Below are positions 26,750 through 40,539 of a stretch of DNA of 64,000 nt, in pieces. The DNA comes from Dicyema japonicum (Eukaryota; Animalia; Dicyemida). The translations under genes and the position numbers were made by a program. Where the stretch lies: positions 620,134 through 684,133 of the forward strand of contig RDEW01000016.1 of NCBI GenBank assembly GCA_011109175.1. The letters are read 5' to 3'. The first letter of the stretch is position 1. The number at the start of each line of letters is the position of its first letter. The notes under the pieces were generated by a model that made no database searches, was not told the origin of the DNA, and saw nothing but the letters and a program-made list of their open reading frames with translations.

Positions 26750-26930
26750 TCCTATACAACTTTGGGACCTTGGAGAGGCTAGACTCGTTTCACAGGAATC
26801 ATCTTAGAAACATAACTGGAATGTTCTGGCCATCCAAGATATCGCGGAAAGGACTGTACACCATTAAGTCACAAGATCATTAGCTCTAGTTTGAGACTTT
26901 TTGGACACGTTTTGAGGTTGGACCCAATAT
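26750..26930 (+). mobile_element. RTE-like LINE small fragment
   Basis: ERLDSFHRNHLRNITGMFWPSKISRKGLY. Confidence 0.65.
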
Positions 26931-28199
26931 TATCATAATGTGATATGAGTATAACCATGAATTATTGAATTTATTCCCTTAATTCCTCGATATCTTTCGA
27001 AAGGACTTTCGTTAGAAAATGAATGGACCGATATGTTATAAGTTATGAATGGTTATAACAGAGAATTACTAGAGAATATTTCATATTGGTATAAGCATCC
27101 TCCGTAAATCTCAACTTCATCTGATCATTTTCAAATTGGATATTAATGTTTCAATCAATAACAAAACTATAATTATAACAAAAATCAATCAGCTGCTCAA
27201 GATTACATATTGAAAACTCTTCCGACTATGGATGAAGTGATGTTTGTGACGGTAGGACGTGTGATGAAAATAGAAGAGGGCGAACCTACTTATACACCTC
27301 TTCTGAATCGAAAACTTGTAGTGTACTATTGGAGGATGGACTTAATTAAAAAAAGTCTTCATGATTTCTATAATTCCTAAGTTTGCACTTTTTGTTGACT
27401 CGAATGATTTTTTAAATTATTAAGTGTTTTGCTGGATAATATCAGCCGCACCTTGCACTATGGTTGGCTCGGTCTTAAAACTTTGTATTTCCCATTTTTC
27501 TAGTTTCTTTTTTTGTCACTGCGTTTCCGACTCTTTTTTTGCTGAAATCTTTGCACACAACTCAACTGTTATCCATATCTCGATAATCCACGTGCATGGA
27601 TATTTATAGTACGAATATGTTGTTAATCCGTATTTCAAGAGAAATTTTTTATATCATTCGTGGTCAGGTCTTGATTATCAACAACTAAACCTTAGTCAGC
27701 ACAACAAATGCACATTATGGATGTCCAGACTCACAAATAATATAACAGGAAAAATCCAGTGAATTTAATCTTTTATAAAGAACACTCCAAAATACCCATA
27801 AATATTTTTTAACAAACTGTCAGAAAACCATTATATTAGAATGTAGGCACAAGGAGATATTCAGTTTCCTCTCATTTTGATCGACAAATTACTTATTTTG
27901 ACATTTATCTCATTTTGATCGATATGTGGTTCATTTTATTACTAGTGTCTAATTTTTATACGTGTGATTATTTTCTTTGGTTTGATCTGATCTGTTATCC
28001 CCTTTCTTGTTTTATCAAACACTTCTCTTCGACTTTTGAGAAGTAATTTCTCATCTAAATATTAAAAATTTTTTGGTCAGTCATCCATCATTAAGAGTGA
28101 ACAACCAAATCTCCCAACTTTAGAAATTGATTGATTGCGAGATCGCCTGAATTTTTTTATTCTGGATGTGACGGTGTTTTTTGGTTAATAAAAATGAAT

Positions 28200-29990
28200 A
28201 GAGGACATCTTTTACCCCATCAAGTTTTCCCAGTTGAAAACATCCAACTCATTAGGTGTAGAAAAGGAATTAGTCTTCATTAGTAACGTCTTCGACAAAT
28301 AATGACGATAATGTACCCAGTCTATCGACGAGGTATCAAAGTACAAGAAAATATCATCAGCAATGTTTGGCTCTATGTTTATAGTTATTTCCTGAGGGAT
28401 ATGATCACTCCCTATGTCCCAAAGTAACCTTGGTCTGTCTACTTGATCCAGGAGTTGTGGAGACACTAGGGCCAATCCAAGCATGTCACCGCCATAGTGT
28501 GAAAAATGGTTAGGTTCCTCCGACGTCAAGACTTCAACTCCAATTTCGCTAACCAGATTTACTAGGAGTCGCCAGTCCCCGTTGTTTTTGCAATATCTGT
28601 AGCTCGTATTCTTAGCATTCAGGTCTCCTACCAAGATCGATATAGGGTTTGTTTTGAAAAATTGAACAATTTTCGCAGAAGATCGGGCCAAGTCCTTAGG
28701 TATAGTCCTCCTACGCTCATCCATGTCCCTCCACATTGAACATCGATGGACACGAATTCCGAATCGTCGACGAATACAATACAGTTGTTCCGTGTTTGCA
28801 ATTCTTTACGAAAAAAGATTGAGGTTCCAGTTCCAGCCACTGCTCCTATACTTTTTTCCGTGTTTGATTTTCGTTTTGTTAACTACCAAGACATCCACCT
28901 TGGCATTCCTCACAAGTAGCGCTAGTTCATCATGCCTTTTCACCAGGTAGCAGGCATTGACCAGCACTACTTTCAAATTCCTTTTCATAGTTTTTGTTGG
29001 TGGTCTGCGCTCTCCACAGCCAGGTCCACCAGACTCTATAAATCCACTTTCAGCAGTGTACATAGGTTGATCAGACGTGCGATAATTTCATTTAGCTTCC
29101 AAGACACCGTTTCGAGGACTCCTGCCTTGCTCTGCTCATGTTTCCGTGTATCACTCTGCTCCACCGACCCATCCTGAGTATGTGAAATATTGGTCCTCAT
29201 CATCTCTTGTGTTTGCTTTACCGTTTCCCAAGATACCGTTTCGAAAACTTATGACTTGCTCTGCATAATTTTCCTTGTAGTGCTCCGCTCCACCGGTTCA
29301 TCCAGAATATGTGAAATATTGGTCCACTTCATATCTTGTGTTGGCTTGATCGCTTCCTTTCTATACACTGTATGTATGGAAGTTAAGATACGACTGCATG
29401 AGATTCGTTTCTACTCGACGTGCAGTATTGCTATCTTCTATGGTTGAAAACTCTCAGTAGAACAGACAAATTATTGGATATGAAGATCCTATAGTAGGCC
29501 CAATACAAATGAGATTTGTTGAACCTCAAAAAACATCTTCCATAACATCAGGCCTCATACTAAAAACCAGTTCTTGTGGAATATAGTTGCTTGCGATATC
29601 TCATAGAGTTTTTGGCTTTCCCACATAGACAGATAAAGCTGGGAATACGCCGTGTTAGTCCTCACCATAATAACAAAAATGATTTGGGTCTTCTGATGAA
29701 AGGATCACAAAGCCACATGAATCAGACAATAATTCTAAACGTAGTCCAACTGATTTGTCTTGTAACAACCATAACTAGTGTTCTTAGAATTTAGATGACC
29801 AATTAAGATTGGGATTCTTGTTGTAGAACTTAGAGATATACGTAGAACAAGTCTTAAGATTCTCGGAGTATAGACCTCAAACAATAATCCATACTCCGTC
29901 TCAACAATCGACCATGCTTACAAATTCACATAATACATCACAGACGACGTTTGGATTACGAATTCGGAGCCAATCCCAGTAGAAAATCTT
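28200..29990 (-). mobile_element. Decayed APE-type LINE (ORF1 remnant plus endonuclease)
   Basis: NLKVVLVNACYLVKRHDELALL, ILVGDLNAKNTS and IGSDHIP motifs. Confidence 0.8.
29095..29345. repeat. Two diverged tandem copies of a ~127-bp unit within the LINE ORF1 region
   Basis: CCAAGAYACCGTTTCGA...GCTCCACCG...TATGTGAAATATTGGTCC repeated at ~29097 and ~29224. Confidence 0.7.
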
Positions 29991-29997
29991 GCTAGAG

Positions 29998-30295
29998 CAG
30001 GGGTGTCAAAATCATTTAGCTTCGAGGGCCGCATTTATAATAATTTTTCATAAGAAAAAATTATTTATTTATTTTAATAAAAAACCAAAAATAAGGGAAA
30101 ACTAAATATGTAATCACCATCTTCTAATCGTGCTTAGAGCAACTTGTGGAGGATTGACATCTTTTTTAGGATACAATTTTTGATATGTCAGGCTCAATTA
30201 TTCGTGTAGTCCCGACTTTTATTAAAGCCGATAAATTTTCATAAGTGAGTTTTGTTCTTTGAACAGTTTCTGTTAATTTCATAAATGAAAAAAGT
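29998..30295 (-). mobile_element. hAT (Buster/Charlie-like) transposon 3' end remnant
   Basis: Terminus CAGGGGTGTCAAA..TTCGAGGGCCGCAT at 29998. The minus strand reads FSFMKL..RTKLTYENLSALIKVGTTRIIEPDISKIV..CQSS (hAT dimerisation domain). Confidence 0.75.
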
Positions 30296-31790
30296 TGTTC
30301 ACACACATATGTCGAACCATACATGTTGCGTGGGAGTTGAAATTGAGAAGGCTATCGTACTTGACTCCAAGGACAGTGGGGGACTTTGTCACTGGAATCC
30401 GAGTGGGACCAATGAAAAGACTCGGTTCATCCTTGGAACGGCGGTCCGACGTGAATGTGGAACAGATAGACTTGGTTGCAGAAATCGTTAGTCGATTGCA
30501 ACAATCCAATCGTGGAGTGTTCAATTTTGTCTGAGTTTTAAGGGATGCGACTTGCGTCGAGCGGTTCCGTATTGCAATGACTACATCGTCTGCGTAGGAT
30601 AATAGCAGGGAATCTTCGTCTCCATCATTAGGTAGGTCGTGTAGGAATAGGTTGAATAGAATTGGTGAAAGTGGAGACCCCTGGGGTACCCCGTTCGGTA
30701 GTAATCGTGATCTAGATCTGAGATCATCACTGACTACTCTTCCACGTCTTCCAGACAAAAAGTTAGCCAGCCATAATTTCACATTCGGAGAATATCAGTA
30801 GAAAATATTTTTCCAACCAGGATTTTCCTCGAAACAGTGTCAAAGGCTTTGTTGATGTCAATAGAAACCAAAATTGTGCGTTTGTGAGGTGGGGATGGGT
30901 GTTAAAACCGTCGGCAATGAACTGCGATAGGGTAGCCAAGTATGTAGCGGTGGACCTACCGCGGAGGAAACCATGTTGAAATATAGGACGCGGAAGATAC
31001 GGAATAATGACTGATAATACAAGTTTCTCCATAATTTTTGACAGTGTGCTGGTAACGGAGATAGGCCTGTAGGAGGCAGGTTCTGTCTTTGTTTTCCCAG
31101 CCTTCAATATCGGTCTGATGATAGAATTTTTCCAAATCTTGGAATAATATTATAGTTAATGGAGAGGTTGTATATATGCGTGAGGTAGCCAATTGCGTAG
31201 TGGCTTAGGTGTTTTGGTGAATAGAAGATACTTTGTCAGGCCCGCACACCCGTGAGCTCTTTAATCTGGTGATAACATCCAAGACTTGGTCATCTGAGAA
31301 TAGTTCGTGGTAAGGTTCCTTCTTCGGTTTATGGGCACGCACCTAATGTCCAGGTGTTTCGAGAAGGTTTTGAAGTTAATTTCATAAGGGTGTTAGGATG
31401 TAGGTGGCATAAGTGTTCAGGAGAAGGCTCCGTCTGCATCATCCAGCTCCGACTTGACTTGTTTAAGAGTTTTCCAGAAGTGTCGGGATGTACTTTTCCT
31501 GTCGAGGTGGTTAACTAGATGCTGCCATCTCTTGTCCTTGTGTTTTTTATGCTCTGACAGATCCTTTTATTCAGTTGTCTGAGGGCTGTCAAAGACTTCA
31601 CGTCCAACAGATGGCATCTCTTCAGCCGGTCTCTTTGTTTTATAAGACTTATTGTATAAGAGCTGAGGGTAGGAATAAACTTCTTGTATGACGATATAGG
31701 AATAAAAATATGGTCAGCTTTCTGAATGGCAGCGTTGATAATTTCTGCGGCCTCATCAATCTTCACTGTGATCTCTTAGAGTGGATTTTT
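30279..31790 (-). mobile_element. I/Nimb-like LINE RT fragment (same family as 17130-21726)
   Basis: SYRPISVTSTLSKIMEK, FQHGFLRGRST, GVPQGSPLSPILFNLFLHDLP, SYADDV, VLGVKYD. Confidence 0.85.
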
Positions 31791-31919
31791 TTAATCACCA
31801 AGCTTCTTTCAATGAGAGACTTATTTTTTTAATATTAATTAAATAAATAGCATATTAAATTCGAATTTTTGCTCTTCTATTTGTGCCTTCTGGTGGTGCC
31901 CTTCTGATGACAATGGATC

Positions 31920-32200
31920 TGATGATCGTGGGTTCAAATCCGAAAGATGGAGATGTCTGCGAATGTCAATTCTTGTCAAACAGATACCACTCATGAGGCG
32001 ACGAATCCTTCTGGCACGATACAGTAGTTGAAAGGGATCTTCCTGACCAAATCCTCTGGTGAAAATTACAGTAGAACTCTTCCGCCGAAGAATGATGTCC
32101 GCGACAGTGGAACTTGCGATGAAAATAGAATAGGGCTGAGCAATTTTTCCACCTCTTTTTGGAAGCGGAAACCCTGTAATGTACTATTGGAAGATTAATT
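31920..32200 (-). repeat. Dispersed repeat of unknown type, homologous to 40540-40750 (+)
   Basis: Shared blocks GGAAGATCCCTT(T)CAACTACTGT.TCGTGCCAGAA and TTTGACAAGAATTGACATTCGC. Confidence 0.6.
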
Positions 32201-32352
32201 TGGCCGGCACAACAGATGTTCCCCCTTGGGTCCTTCCTTGGATTAATTTGCTAGGACTGTTTGTACTGGGTTTATCAAAGATTGTATGCCTGGGATTAAT
32301 AACATTCCTCCTAGTTCAGTAAGGTGAGATATAATCGGTACATTAGAAATAA

Positions 32353-33300
32353 TTAGAAATGCTTCCTACAGTGCAATGTAAATTTATCACTCACAGATGG
32401 CCGCCCACTAGGAAGTTGCATCTCTTTTACAAAGAAACTACTAAAAAGCAACTCCAAGCTTAATGGAATGCTTTCCTGTATTTCAGTATGTGATTTCGGT
32501 TTGATGTAAATAACGACAATGACACTTGAGAATATTACTGCGACAACTCCACACACGATTTCAATTATTTGAAGTTTCGTCATTTTTTACGGCTTTACTT
32601 TCTGACGAAATTATTTCTTCAAATCTAATTTTATCTTAAATTTAGTCGGTTTTACAGTATTCCGATGTTTAATTATAGTTTTTTGTCTTTAATTTCAGTC
32701 GACATTGGTTCTTTAAAGAATCCTTCATCTAAAATTCAGCCGGATTTATTTACCATTTCCAATAAATTCAAAAATCATATCATTGCGGAAAAATTGTTAT
32801 TTAAGAGCTGAAATTTCGATAGTCACATTTTTATAGTTTTGTGAGATGAATCCACATTGATAAAATCTTCCTATTTTAATTTTTTATTAAGTGAAACGCA
32901 TTTATTTCTCTATGCCCAACAGAAACAGAAAATTTATAAATATAATGTTTAATTTCATATAGTTTATATGCCGTAATTGTTATAGTATGATAACTATTCA
33001 ATATATATTTATAATCACTATCATAATTTGATATCCTATTATAGTGATAATAACTGAAATGCTCATCTGTTATTTAAGAATTAATGTTCATATGTACAAT
33101 TGTGTTATTGTCAATATATGAAATTTTGATATTTCCACTTATTACTCCTCTGATTATCTCTTTGTTAAACAAAAACCAAATCGACGTATTTAAGTTATTC
33201 TTTGGGTTACAGTCATTATCTAAATAAATCTTAATTAGAACCTTTTCTAGTAAAATAAAATAAACTATCATCATCGTTTTTGGTGAGGTGGTGACGTGCC
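32353..33300 (-). pseudogene. LAMP-like membrane glycoprotein paralogue, 5'-truncated and frameshifted
   Basis: NDCNPKNNLNTSIWFLFNKEIIRGVISGNIKISYIDNNTI and TM/tail IIEIVCGVVAVIFSSVIVVIYIKPKSHTEIQESIPL align with 35857-37050. The upstream part abuts an RTE fragment. Confidence 0.65.
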
Positions 33301-33369
33301 TCGTTTCTTCTCTGTACAACGAATAAGAAAAATGTCTAGAAAGCAGAAGATACAAAAGAATATGGTTGC

Positions 33370-34010
33370 CCTAAAGTTTCTTACAATCAATGCTAGAGGA
33401 ATATCTAAGCCTCAGTAAAGAAATACTCTCTGTGATGACCTAGAAAAATATAACGTTTCTATTGGCTGTATACAAGAGACGAAAATTACGTACTATCTCG
33501 ATGAAAACCACGGAAGATATCGTCTAATATGTCTACCCAGTGACTCAAAACACTATGGTCTTGGATTCGCCATTCACAGAAAACTATCATCTGACATCAG
33601 TCGCATTTGGCGGGTGAATGCATGTTCATACGAAGGTTCAACAACTGTCAGCGATCACAGAATGGTTATTGTCATCTTCAGCCTGGCGAAACATGGTATC
33701 AAACATAAGAAACATAATAACATTACGAACAATAATATTGAGAATACAAGAAATGGATACGCAACGGGAAAACTGATCTCTCATCCAGACACAGTCAAAA
33801 ATTACCAAAACATCTGCTCTCATCTGAAGGACCAAACAGTAGGAATTTCGTGGGATCACACAAAGTATATAATAAACGAAGCAGCAAGCCAGTACCTCGG
33901 CACGCGGGAGATGGCCAGTAAGGGTCGGACGACACATACAGAACTAGTAAAGGAGTTAGCAAAGAAGTTAAAAGAAATCCATACAAAAAAACTATAACAA
34001 GAGAAAATTC
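33370..34010 (+). mobile_element. RTE-like LINE endonuclease fragment
   Basis: FLTINARGISKP..IGCIQETK..HYGLGFAIH and VSDHRMV motifs. Confidence 0.75.
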
Positions 34011-34059
34011 CTTCAGGGGCAGAGGGACCAAATCCGTCTCTTCTATTTTCATTGACCAT

Positions 34060-34900
34060 ATTGCCCAGGACCGTTGCACTCCACTAAACGTCTGGTATCT
34101 GGACGATTGTATTCTCGGTAGAAGTCCCGATGATATTCTCTTCAAAGTTGCATCGATCAGACGTTTGTGTGGAAAAATCGGTCTGGAATTTAAAAATGAA
34201 AAGTGCAAAGCAATTAATCTGAATTTGAGTTCCGATTCATTCTACCTTTTTCATAGAAAACTCTGCGATATCATCTCAGGGGTTAGGGAGACTCATATTG
34301 ATTCTCTCGACTTCCTTGGGTGTGGGATTTTGGTAAACCGGGTGAGGGAGTTATTGGAAGGCAAGAGGACTAATTTACGTCAGTATGCCGACAGGATGAG
34401 TTTTTTTGACCGTCATGTCGCCTTTTTTATGCTGAAGAATTGTCTCCTTCTCCCAAAACTCCTTTTTATTCTACGGAGATCCCGATGCTACGCCGAAAAA
34501 GACCTTCTATCGTTAATTGATATGGATATCCGGTCGACGATGGGGTCCATTCTTAATGTTTGTTTTGATTATTTCGGATAGTTACAGGCCTCACTCTCTG
34601 TAGCCTACGGTGGTTTGGGTCTTTCTCTTCCTTCGGACGTTGCTTTGGGTGCCTATTTATCTTTGTTCGGCTCGTCAAGGCGTTTAGTGGATACGGTCCT
34701 TCACTCTACTTCCGGACTAAACGTACCGCTGACGCCGTCGGGAGCCTGGGATGATTGGATAAATTTGTACCTGAATGCTCCGGCCAATTGTGATAAGCAA
34801 TTGTGATAAGATTTATATCGTGATTTAGAGACTTTTTTGTCGAGAGTCCTGATTACACATCTCGGAATTACACTCATTAATCTTGAGGCCGCATCTGCTA
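34060..34900 (+). mobile_element. CRE-like element fragment (YLDD and post-RT region)
   Basis: WYLDDCIL at ~34075; GLEFKNEKC, FLGCGI, LLKNCLLLPKLLFILR and GGLGL motifs. Confidence 0.75.
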
Positions 34901-35856
34901 AGGATTTCATAAGCCACTCAGTTTAACTGCAATCGTACCATCGTTCAAATATCAATAATTGAAAGACGTGGTGCCATATATAAGGGCTGCCTCGTCGACT
35001 TCTACTAAAAGACCACGTAAAACCAAACTAATTATCACGTGATCCCGACGATGACTTCTTTTCGATTGTTCCAAAATTTTACTCCTTGTTTCCTGGTGGG
35101 ATGTCGACCCCCTAAAAACGAATTGATTTTTCTTAAATTCCCGATCACTAGGAGTACGATGAAGCATGTCCTCTTTGACAAAAAACACCTCAAATGCAAA
35201 TCGCCGGATAGATAAAAAATGATGTGGAGGAGAGGAGACTAAGAGTCCGAGAAACTAGTGCTCGTGACAGACGCGATGAGACACTAAACTGAACACCGAT
35301 AAGACACACAGAGAATAAGAAAATCTCGTGAATTTTTTACGTGTCTTAAAGCCATTCAACGTAACCAACTCCCAAATTTTCAGATCAGGGAGATTATCAG
35401 GAGTAAATTTTTCAATGACCAACTGTTTTATAAGGTTTCTGGATAGGTATTAGTAGTTCAGAAGAACCAATGGAAAGGTTTTCCTTTCTGGCAAATATAG
35501 CATTTAGAAGTGTAGTAATTTTATTGATTACTAAAGTGGTCCATATTTGAGAAATTATGGGTTGACATGTCTGGTCTTGGGTATTGATCATTTTTGAGTT
35601 TTTATATTAGCATGGTGACTTCCGCATACGTAATTAATTAATTACTCAAAAATGATATATTCAATGGGCATATGTCCATATTCAATGGGCATATTAAAGA
35701 CTTTTGCTGCCAAGGCTACATTGAAATTAAAAAAATATTGTAAAATATATGAACATTGCTGAGTGATAAAATCAAAAAATATAAATGAAAATAGTTGTAT
35801 TAAAAATAAATAATTAAAATAAAACATGAACCTAATTTAAATTATAATTTGATTAC

Positions 35857-37050
35857 ATGAACCTGATTAATAATTTTATTGTATTTTTTTTGTTGAGCAA
35901 AATTGACACATTGAAATCTGAATGGAGGCTATTATTTGAGGCATATATGAACTGTCCGAATATTTCTGAATTTGTCTATATTTTGTTTACTCTAGAAGAA
36001 AAAATTTAATTTGAACAAGGATTTATATGAAGCAAAGAAGAGGATAATGCTTTTGCCGTGTTTAGAAAATATTTTCGTATACTTTAAATTTTTTCCAACA
36101 TTTAAAAATGAATCTTATACTGTCGAATTAATATTAGAAATGTTTCAACGTAAGTTCTTAGTATATTTAAGATGGCAAACGATATACTAGAAACACAATG
36201 ATTCCTAAAACTAAATATGGTGATTTCTACCGCTGTGGATCAATTCCTATTAGTTTTTCGAATAAATTTTCTTTTATAATTTATTTTATGAAGTTACAAT
36301 TCTACAAGAATAATTCTTTGGAATATTTTACTGGAAAAGGTTTTAATTATAATTTACTTAGCGAATGACTGTAACCCAAATAATGACCCAAATACACCGA
36401 TTTGGTATATAGTTAAAAATGATACAATCCGTGGAGCTTTAAGTGCAAAAATCAAAATATCATATATCAAAAATAACAACATTGTAACGTGTAGGTTGAT
36501 TTTAAGATAAGGGATAAGTTATTCGAAAGGGAAGAGCCTTACTATAAATTGGATAATTATCATATTGAGCTTAGATTGACAGATTAAGCATTCCTCAATA
36601 TTTATTTCGGCACATAATTCAGCTTATGAATATTACATTTTTGAATTAGTTTATTGTTTCATACATGAGAAGAAACTTAAATGTTTGCATGTAGATCGAA
36701 TCTTCAAATGGATTAGACTAGGCAATCACTATCATTGCGGATTAATTTCACAAAACAACTCCAATGGAATGTCGATTGAAATTTCATCTTTTAAATTACA
36801 ACTTTTCCGCAATGATTTGAATTTTGGATTTATCGGATTTGGTAATTTAATCAACTGAATTTTAGAAGAAACATGTTTTAAAAAACCACCAACCCTGAAA
36901 AAACGGCGGATACATGTAATGATTGGAATCGTATGCGGAGTTGTCGGACTACTACTTATTAGTGGCAGCATAGCTACTGTTTATATCAAATCAAAATCAC
37001 ATACCGAAGAAATTCAAGAAAACATTCCATTAGTCTTTTTAAATGAATAA
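35857..37050 (+). CDS. Putative two-domain LAMP-like type-I membrane glycoprotein with mini-introns
   Basis: Signal-like MNLINNFIVFFLLS. Two repeats end YRCG..MKLQFYKN..G|.NDC and YHCG..FKLQLFRND..G|EETC. TM IGIVCGVVGLLLISGSIATVYI and a short tail ending ENIPLVFLNE*. One internal exon was not fully resolved. The LAMP assignment is a pattern inference. Confidence 0.6.
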
Positions 37051-37139
37051 TTTATTTCCTAAAAAACGCCAACAATTTAGTTCAATTTATATAATTAAGT
37101 TTTTTGTAAAACTTGAAAAAAACTCCATCCAAAAAATAG

Positions 37140-37700
37140 TCACTAGAGAATCATTTACCATGTTTTATAATCAAGACAAATCGACACTAACCACTTTGAT
37201 ACCGGAAGTCACATTCGAAGATGAGTTTGGTGGTCGTCTTTACACCCATAGAATCCACACAAGCGCATTTCGTGCATTAGCGAATGCTCGTATGTGCATG
37301 GACACGTCTTTCGATTATTGAGAGATTCCTTTCCGGAGTTCCTCACTCCGTATCATTTAATGGTAATTTCTGGTCTATTTAATTGTTTCCATGATAACTG
37401 GCTAACACCGCATTCCTTGTAGATTCTTTTGCATGAGATTCTGATTGGCCAATTAATTCCTGTTATTTGCTCAGGTGATTCCTGTGAAAGACTCCAGCCT
37501 GTGCTCTTCCTTTATTGAGGTATCCCAGGTCCCAGCCTTGTATATAAAAAAAGATTATATAAGCAAGTCGTATACCAATATAATTAGTTTGGTGATAATC
37601 ACTTTTCGTTTAAGCCATTGTTTTTCAACCTTTTTTTCTCTGTCTAAACTGAAGATTTATTATACACAATTTGGTAAGATATATTAATTTTGCGTCAATT
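37140..37700 (-). mobile_element. RTE-like LINE 3' fragment
   Basis: AGTWDTSIKEEHRLESFHRNHL..INWPIRISCKRIY. Confidence 0.65.
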
Positions 37701-38779
37701 AATTCATCTCTTAATACGGAATCATAGTTTGAAACTTTGGATTTGAATTGATCGATCATCCACTAATAAATACAAAAACTATTTCTGAAAAAGAACCTCA
37801 GTTTTGACTGAAGACAAGTGGGATTTACAAATTTTCAAATTCAAATTCATTATCTGCAACTTTTTGACTTTAGTAATTTGACAATTTCATTTCTTAGAAA
37901 TAATAGTTAATATATGTCGATTTTAGCATCAAACAAACTAGTAGCTTCTCGGATTGATGTAAAGAAGCCTTAAGACTCTGTGGACCATTGCTTTCTCTAC
38001 CATTTTTGGACTGATTGGCCTCGCAATGTGGATTCCACACTGCACGTGTAAAGCTATCGATGAAGTCTTTGAAACATTTGTCTTCTTGGGTTTTCCCTCA
38101 CTGTCTGAGACCCAAACATTGTGATTTCTTTCGGGATTTACTAATTCCTTTTTTTGTAGAGGTCACAAGTACAGATTATATCCTTTGAGGTCTGTGTAGG
38201 TGCTAGAGACGAGTCACTGGCCCGATCGATTGACCAGACTATGTTGTCTTTGGAGATCAAGAAATGGATTTTCCTATTTTACTTTTCTTTATCAGCACTT
38301 GGAATGGACTCTAACTGTACAGGTGTTTCTACCGCTACAAGCCTTAAAAATCAATTCAGTCGTTTCAGAATGGGATCTTTATATGGCCCATTTTTATTCC
38401 TTCTTGAGAGTCACAAAATTTTTCTTTTCAGAATTCTGCTGGTCCATGGGCAAAGACGTCTGGGCAGCAGTCACTTTTTCGACTTTAGGTATGTGATATA
38501 TTTCATTTTCTTGGAAATACAATATAGGTCGATTTTATAAAGTTTTTATAATTCTTTTAGCATCTAACAAACTATTCGCTTCTTGGAACACCTAAAACCA
38601 CAATAAAACCAAAACTAACCATCAAGAAGATTCTAAAATTTTAATATTTTAAAGTCAATTTTTAGGTCAAAATTTCCATTTTATAAAGTCAAAATAATAT
38701 TAGCCCTATTAATTTTTTTAAATAAAACATTTTTTATATTAATTAAACAATTATTCGAAAATAAGTTATTAGCTTCTGG

Positions 38780-39670
38780 AAGTCATATGCCTGAGTAGAG
38801 TGGCCTTCAAAGTCCATTTCCGATATAAATATGACAGTGTTATCAATTAACAACTCTGACATACCTGTCAAAGAATAAGCCAGTGGAGTTGTGCTTGGAT
38901 AATTGCCCTGTCGATCGGTAACGTAGGACCCACCTGAATGTCCTCGTTGGTAGTTCCATCATACTTGGATTGTAGATTTACAGTACCTATAAGTGCCGAT
39001 GTGGTGGTGCAGTAGATTGTTATGGAATCATCCAGTTTTTTACCTAAGAAGCGCAGGACCATTCTCAAGAAATGAGGCGATTAACTGAATTGGAAGCGAT
39101 TCCTGGAGTTCATTAGATACTCCTCCATACTGAAACAAAGAGATCGAAAACGGCCGGACGAAATTAAAATTAAATAAGGGAAACAACCATTGTTATCGAA
39201 TTGCCACGTAAATCGATTCCTTTCTTCTTCCAACATTGTCAAAATACGGTAGCCATATGCCGTGGAAAGTGGTAGGAAAGCCAATAAATAAATTAAGAAG
39301 TGTTGATTGAAATAACTAAAAGAAATAAGAGGGAAATTTCTTTTTTTGTAAGAAACTGACTTCTGATTACACTCAAAAACTACGAATAACAAGAGATTTA
39401 TTGACTTTTCCAGTTGATCTATTTAACAATTATCATTATTTTTGCAAGACGCAACTCAATGAATGTTATCACCTTGTAGCTTTTGCAACACTTTGATGAT
39501 CTTCCTATTAGATTGTCCACGCTCTCCTTGAAAACGCGAGCATTGTTACCGGAACTGTTTGATCCGTTCTTAGTATATGCCAAAATAACTTCCACTTCTC
39601 CCTTTTGGCGGTTAATTGTGAAAGGCAACGCTACATCGATTTTGCTGGTGAGTATAATTTATCATAAATT
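38780..39670 (-). CDS. Unidentified multi-exon gene, possibly a secreted or membrane glycoprotein
   Basis: Three consecutive same-strand ORFs (39419-39628, 39081-39392, 38868-39068) with protein-like composition, N-glycosylation sequons and cysteines; splicing not resolved. Confidence 0.35.
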
Positions 39671-40539
39671 TTTTTTCATTAAAATATGTAATTTTACGAA
39701 TTAACTAAAGTGAATTGATAAAGTCTATTATTGTTACACAGGATCACCGGGTTAAAAGGAAAGTTACCCCAGATCGATATGGGGGATGTTCTATCAGACG
39801 TGACGAGAATCGAGAAATGACATGCATTTTGTATCTATGGTGGTTTTAAAGGTATTTGGTCAAAGTTTGTAGGAATGAAGTCGTTGTCTTCCTTCCGTAG
39901 TCGACTAATAAAAAACTGCTTCAAGAGGGGTGGATGTATAGTTGCGACCAATGACTCTTTTGAAAGGTTCCAAAATTCAGACAGTTTTACGAGATAGCAG
40001 CATGAATACTTCGAAGTTAATAGTTGAGGCAGTCATTGGTTGAGTTTTCCTTTGTTCAATTTCAGTTATTGGACTTTTAAGCAATATCATGTCCTATATT
40101 CAAATATATATAAGTCTTCCAAAACCTTCCGCTGTGACTAAGATATGTGCTCTACCTGCTTACTCTAAAGATGATTCGGTAATATATGATCATAAAGTGT
40201 CATCCACTTTGAGTGTGTAATTATGGTGTTTATAGAATTTGCTCACAAAACTTTTCCATATTAGTACTATTGTTTCTATGTTTACTTTAGAATTGTGAAT
40301 TTATGCCATTTTTCTGGCTAGCAGATCACACAGGTATTGTTGGTAGACCAATTACTGCAAAATTACAGTGACTGCACTATTCTCCACTATGGTTGAAGAA
40401 TAATACACAACGATCTTTATATCTAGAAGAAAGGTAACCGTGCGATACTCAATCATGTTCTGTCGACCAAATCCATCTTCTATTTTTTCATTAAAGTCTT
40501 TCTTTTCCAAAGAGACATGGACAAGTAAGTTCGCCTCAT

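Noticed and set aside
34952-35188. Merlin/ISXO2-like transposase (GLLVEVDEAAL)
   Set aside because: A single short motif with no supporting DDE motifs or TIRs.
35660-35700. Short local duplications (21-bp ATATTCAATGGGCAT unit; similar at 7215-7270)
   Set aside because: Ordinary slippage products in AT-rich non-coding DNA.
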